This document shows, in pieces, positions 61,001 to 64,000 of a DNA stretch of 64,000 nt (position 1 is the first letter of the stretch; every line of letters starts with the position of its first letter). The notes under the pieces are model-generated. The model saw only the letters and a program-made list of their open reading frames with translations. It did no database searches and was not told the origin of the DNA. Both the position numbers and the translations under genes were made by a program. The DNA comes from Rubripirellula sp. (lineage in GTDB: Bacteria > Planctomycetota > Planctomycetia > Pirellulales > Pirellulaceae): NCBI GenBank assembly GCA_965216875.1, contig OZ244207.1, positions 7,328,001 to 7,392,000 on the forward strand. Direction: 5' to 3'.

Positions 61001-63425
61001 GAGTCCCGTTCTCGATGCTGGTGACCCTCAGTTCAATCGCTCGATCTTCACGCCACCGTTGGACAACGACCAACGCGGTGTGAACTTTCCGCGAATCGCA
61101 GGTGGCAACATCGACATTGGTTCCGTTGAACGTCCCACCGGGGTGACGATCAACTGGGCCGACCCAGCGCCGATCGTCTTTGGCACCGCACTCAGCGCGA
61201 CCCAGCTCAATGCCACCGCTGACGTGACGGGCACGTTTGTCTACACGCCAGCGCTCGGCACGATCCTAAACGCTGGTGACGATCAGCAACTTTCGGTTGA
61301 GTTCACGCCCGATGATCTCGTCAATTTTGAAGTGACGACCGCAACCGTCTTTATCGACGTGCTGCGAGAAGACCCCGTCATTACGTGGGACACTCCGGAT
61401 CCGATCGATTTCGGAACCCCGCTTAGCGCGACCCAGCTCGATGCATCGGCCGATGTGCCCGGTACGTTCAGCTACACGCCTGATCTCGGCGCGATCCTTG
61501 CGTCCGGCGATGGGCGCGTGCTCTCGACGACCTTTACCCCGGTCGACACCACGAACTTCAATGTCGTTTCGACTTCGGTCTTTATCGATGTGCTCAAGGG
61601 TGTGCCCGTTGTGACGTGGGCCGACCCCGACCCCATCGTGTTTGGTACAGCGCTTAGCAGCACGCAACTCAACGCAACCGCCGACGTTGACGGTACGTTC
61701 AGCTACATTCCGCCGGCCGGGATTTTTATGTTGCCGGGGAACAACCAAACACTCTCGGTGACCTTCACACCCACGGATGCAACGAACTTTGAAAGTGTGA
61801 CCGAAACCGTTCAGATTGATGTGCTCAAAGCGGATCCAGTCATCACCTGGAATGATCCCGCTGACATCATCGTTGGCACTGCCCTGGGAACGGAGCAACT
61901 GAATGCCGAAGCGTCGGTCAGCGGCACTTTCGAATACGACCCTAATCTCGGAACGGTCTTGTCGGTCGGTGATGGTCAAACACTTTCGGTCACCTTCACC
62001 CCCGACCTCACGAGCCGATTCAATGTCGTGCAAGCGACCGTGTCGATCAACGTTTTGGCTCCGCAAGACTACGGCGACGCACCTGACGCGTACCCGGTAA
62101 CACTCGCCGAAGACGGCGCGCGACACACCACGACTTCATTGCGACTGGGCGATGTCGTTAGCAACGATTTTGATGGAACGCCTTCGGCTGCGGCCGACTC
62201 CGATGATGACGACGGCATCACCTTCTTGGCGAGCTTGGTTTCCGATGGCGGGTCGGTGACCACATCGAGCCTATCGGCCGACGTTTCTGAAACCGGCAAG
62301 CTAGATGGTTGGATCGACTTCAACCAGGACGGTGACTGGGACGATGCCGGCGAGCAAATCTTGTCGAGTGTTGACGTTGCCGCGGGAGGCAACACACTCT
62401 CGTTCACCATTCCCGCCGGAGCGTCGATTGGCGATACCGCTGCCCGCTTGCGACTTAGCTCGGCCGGAGGATTGTTGCCAACCGGCGCAGCAGCCGACGG
62501 TGAGGTCGAAGACTACATTGTTACCATCCTTGATGGCTCACAGGCTCCCGATGTTCTGGTCACGCTTCTGAACGCATCGGTTGCGATCGATTCCGAAGGC
62601 AACGACGTTGTTGTTGAAAGCGGTGGCGTCGAACTCTTCGCCGCGCCGCAAGCAAGCGTCGGAGCCCTGAGTGTTACGGGGACGGCTGAGGACGACACCG
62701 TTGACCTGCATGCCGCGGGCGGCACGTTGCCAGCGGGTGGACTCAGTCTTGATGGGAATGGTGGCGATGACACGCTTCGATTGATCGGCAACGCAGGTGT
62801 CTTCGACCTGACCGATCCCAATATCCAAATTGACCGTTTCAACACGCTCGACCTGTCTTCATCGGATGCTGTCACGCTTGTCGTTGACGCAGCAGCGATC
62901 GCTCGTTTGTCGCCGATCACCCGTTCGGTCTTTATCGCCGCCGGCGAAGAAGACGTGTTCGATTTTGAAGATGTCGACAGCTGGCTGTTGACCGACCCCG
63001 CTCAGATCAATGACCGCTTCATTCAGACCGCAACCAACAGCGACACGGGAGAAATTGTCCAGGTCGAACAGCCCGATCATTGGCGAAACTTCCTTCGCGC
63101 TGGCGACGTCAACAACGATGGTGCTGTGACCGCGCGTGACGCGCTTCGGATTATCAACGAGCTGGGACGCCGCAATTTCTCGGATGACGAGACTCAAACC
63201 TTGGTCGATGCTGCCACGCTCACCCCGTGGCCGGATGTCTACTTTGATCACAACGGCGACGGACGCGTTTCCGCGCTCGATGCGCTTCGCGTGATCAACG
63301 AATTGGCTCGTATCTCAAACGTCGTTGATGGCGAATTGGTTGTCTCACTTGAAGACGAAGCCGTGGGGCGGACCAACGTGGATACGTTACTTGCCGATGA
63401 TGATTTCCTCGGGTCGCTCTTCTAG
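58038..63425 (+). CDS. Giant surface protein: planctomycete N-motif, Zn metalloprotease, ~3 HYR-like domains, beta-helix module, 4 Ig-like repeats, GEVED, dockerin-like pair
   Basis: LESLEDRRLLA; IHELAHSIGF...SHLD...HLMS; (F/Y)P.G.T.V..TA.D..GN x3; LSLREAI; NGGPTQTH; DYGDAP...GEVEDY; GDVNNDGAVTARDAL. Confidence 0.9.
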   Translation: MSSRANRKSVARRNKLRQRRRRMRLESLEDRRLLAVSFEFNYIGGNGVGFNDPVEGPEFRSALESAASRLGGWMLHDATVQLDVHSFEFTGSAVAHASSAIPPSPATGGFLDTIIGQKIKGLNDANGATSDGEIEVFFFDGNDPFTYVTDPTEVDADNELDFQALVIHELAHSIGFTSATNADGTDDDGNGVGSPGTWRPYDRFLSDVDGNRLIDADPLSATAFQMDATGWSQHSVGGKGPDAGLFFDGPKATAVYGARVPLYSPAAFSLSSSVSHLDSEGAPDDSIFSPTTHLMSHATIDLAVPQEFTLVEKAIFADIGINLIEDTLPEITPPQDITLEGNTSGGFSGTNAALTAFLDGAIATDLFDDDVTITNDAPSLFPLGQTTVVFTATDDSGNEATATARVRVVDTASPVLSVTPTVATLEATGPFGVLNPTLPFSPTVSDVVDASPSLVFSSRSTYPLGTTVVTYTAEDSSGNQAAFPVSVVVEDTTPPDFSMPSTLTIPGNVPGGADLNNSILVDLFDSLASDIVDRDVAITASPSTFPVGQTNVTFTATDDFGNSTDVAVDLTVSGITYTVTTLDDELDADPGSAPQDLSLREAISLANATVGSDEIRFDPSLNGTVVLSSALGALQINDGVSIIGNGRDDTIIDGNDEVRVFDVSQSGGNVQLLGLTITGGLATGEFEFGGGIRFLSGDTLTIESATFTDNHSIGLGAAGGAIYALGTVEITDSILSDNSTTSSFGGGGALYHAGDITITRSVVTGNRTNNELAAGGGAYISEGEATIIQSTFTDNQTAGERAGGAGLVVLRSTVTIRDSTISGNMTSGSEADGAGIQLINSPTTIINSTISGNTASGEGGGLYIGGRHVSIHNSTVTSNVAAERGGGITTFTQAGDASFSLDHSIVAGNSDDGTAPDFLGTRLAAGNDSVIYSLVGDNTGTTLGESQTAHPTTGSLIGDPNGGGLIDPQLSALADNGGPTQTHLPLQSSPVLDAGDPQFNRSIFTPPLDNDQRGVNFPRIAGGNIDIGSVERPTGVTINWADPAPIVFGTALSATQLNATADVTGTFVYTPALGTILNAGDDQQLSVEFTPDDLVNFEVTTATVFIDVLREDPVITWDTPDPIDFGTPLSATQLDASADVPGTFSYTPDLGAILASGDGRVLSTTFTPVDTTNFNVVSTSVFIDVLKGVPVVTWADPDPIVFGTALSSTQLNATADVDGTFSYIPPAGIFMLPGNNQTLSVTFTPTDATNFESVTETVQIDVLKADPVITWNDPADIIVGTALGTEQLNAEASVSGTFEYDPNLGTVLSVGDGQTLSVTFTPDLTSRFNVVQATVSINVLAPQDYGDAPDAYPVTLAEDGARHTTTSLRLGDVVSNDFDGTPSAAADSDDDDGITFLASLVSDGGSVTTSSLSADVSETGKLDGWIDFNQDGDWDDAGEQILSSVDVAAGGNTLSFTIPAGASIGDTAARLRLSSAGGLLPTGAAADGEVEDYIVTILDGSQAPDVLVTLLNASVAIDSEGNDVVVESGGVELFAAPQASVGALSVTGTAEDDTVDLHAAGGTLPAGGLSLDGNGGDDTLRLIGNAGVFDLTDPNIQIDRFNTLDLSSSDAVTLVVDAAAIARLSPITRSVFIAAGEEDVFDFEDVDSWLLTDPAQINDRFIQTATNSDTGEIVQVEQPDHWRNFLRAGDVNNDGAVTARDALRIINELGRRNFSDDETQTLVDAATLTPWPDVYFDHNGDGRVSALDALRVINELARISNVVDGELVVSLEDEAVGRTNVDTLLADDDFLGSLF
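61140..62057 (+). repeat. Four ~228-bp intragenic Ig-like domain repeats
   Basis: Same consensus as 53930-55072. Confidence 0.85.
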
Positions 63426-63588
63426 AGCCGACATGGTCTGAGCGACCGATTCTTCTTATGATGCGGCCAAAGCAGGCAAGGTAATTGCACTCTTTGAATG
63501 ACCGGTGGTCGCCCTCACAGAGGGCAACTCCCGCAAGGCAGGGGCCAGGATCGAGGTCTCGGTCGGCGACCATGCGAAAGCGACTCTG

Positions 63589-64000
63589 ATGTCAGCACAA
63601 GATTCACAACCCCATTCGGCCGTCGAACCTCTGCGCAGCGTCCACACTTCGAACCTGCCCGAGATTCTTCAGCAACTTGGCGTCTCGGTGATGGTCACGA
63701 CCTATCAGGCCGGGCGTTTGGTCATCTTGCGTAGCCAAGACGGTGTCCTCAACACGCACTTCCGAGTTTTCGATAAACCGATGGGACTCGCCGTCGGCGA
63801 CAATCGACTTGCGATCGGCAGCGCGATGAGTGTTTGGGAATTTCACAATTTGCCAGCTGTTTGCCAAAGGCTGAACGTCAGCGAAGACGGCTCGCCCCTA
63901 CCGCAACAACACGATGCCTGTTTCTTGCCTCGGACGACGCATTGGACCGGCGACATCCAGATCCACGAAATGGCTTGGGTCGGAAGTGGTAACGATGCCG
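63589..64000 (+). CDS. TIGR03032 / DUF4915 family protein, 5' part (runs off the window)
   Basis: Manual translation: MSAQDSQ...PLRSVHTSNLPEILQQLGVSVMVTTYQAGRLVILR...THFRVFDKPMGLA...DACFLPRTTHWTGDIQIHEMAW; no stop before window end. Confidence 0.85.
   Translation, partial: MSAQDSQPHSAVEPLRSVHTSNLPEILQQLGVSVMVTTYQAGRLVILRSQDGVLNTHFRVFDKPMGLAVGDNRLAIGSAMSVWEFHNLPAVCQRLNVSEDGSPLPQQHDACFLPRTTHWTGDIQIHEMAWVGSGNDA

Noticed and set aside
63500..63575. Hairpins (gccctc-aca-gagggc; ggtcgcc...ggcgacc) suggestive of a c-di-GMP riboswitch
   Set aside because: Lacks the GGCAAA...GACGCAAA arrangement; an Rfam/Infernal scan would be needed

Overview
GC-rich bacterial chromosome segment, almost certainly from a planctomycete (Pirellulaceae-like). 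The indicators are three proteins with the planctomycete 'RRxxxxxLExRxLLA' N-terminal motif plus dockerin-like repeats, an ECF sigma/Ser-Thr kinase pair, an enlarged SecA and GTAG-type REP palindromes. Housekeeping and envelope genes include secA, waaA, a GT4 glycosyltransferase, a Wzx-like flippase and a TolC-like lipoprotein. Signalling genes include four ECF sigma factors, a Ser/Thr kinase, a two-component system and tandem HD-GYP paralogs. Also present are a peroxidockerin-type heme peroxidase, two RlaP/YcgL-like nucleotidyltransferases, an amidohydrolase pair, an sxtI/J/K-like carbamoyltransferase cassette and two giant modular surface proteins. The most striking signal is a 47-aa peptide absent from the ORF track (49692-49835; 13 Cys, 8 consecutive). 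It has a strong RBS and is translationally coupled to a SigZ/CorE-like sigma factor with its own Cys-rich tail, suggesting a metallothionein-like metal-sensing module. Several predicted pseudoenzymes (HtrA-like, CHAT, amidohydrolase domains) also stand out. No rRNA, tRNA, CRISPR array or transposase was recognised. All family assignments come from motif recognition by eye, not database searches.
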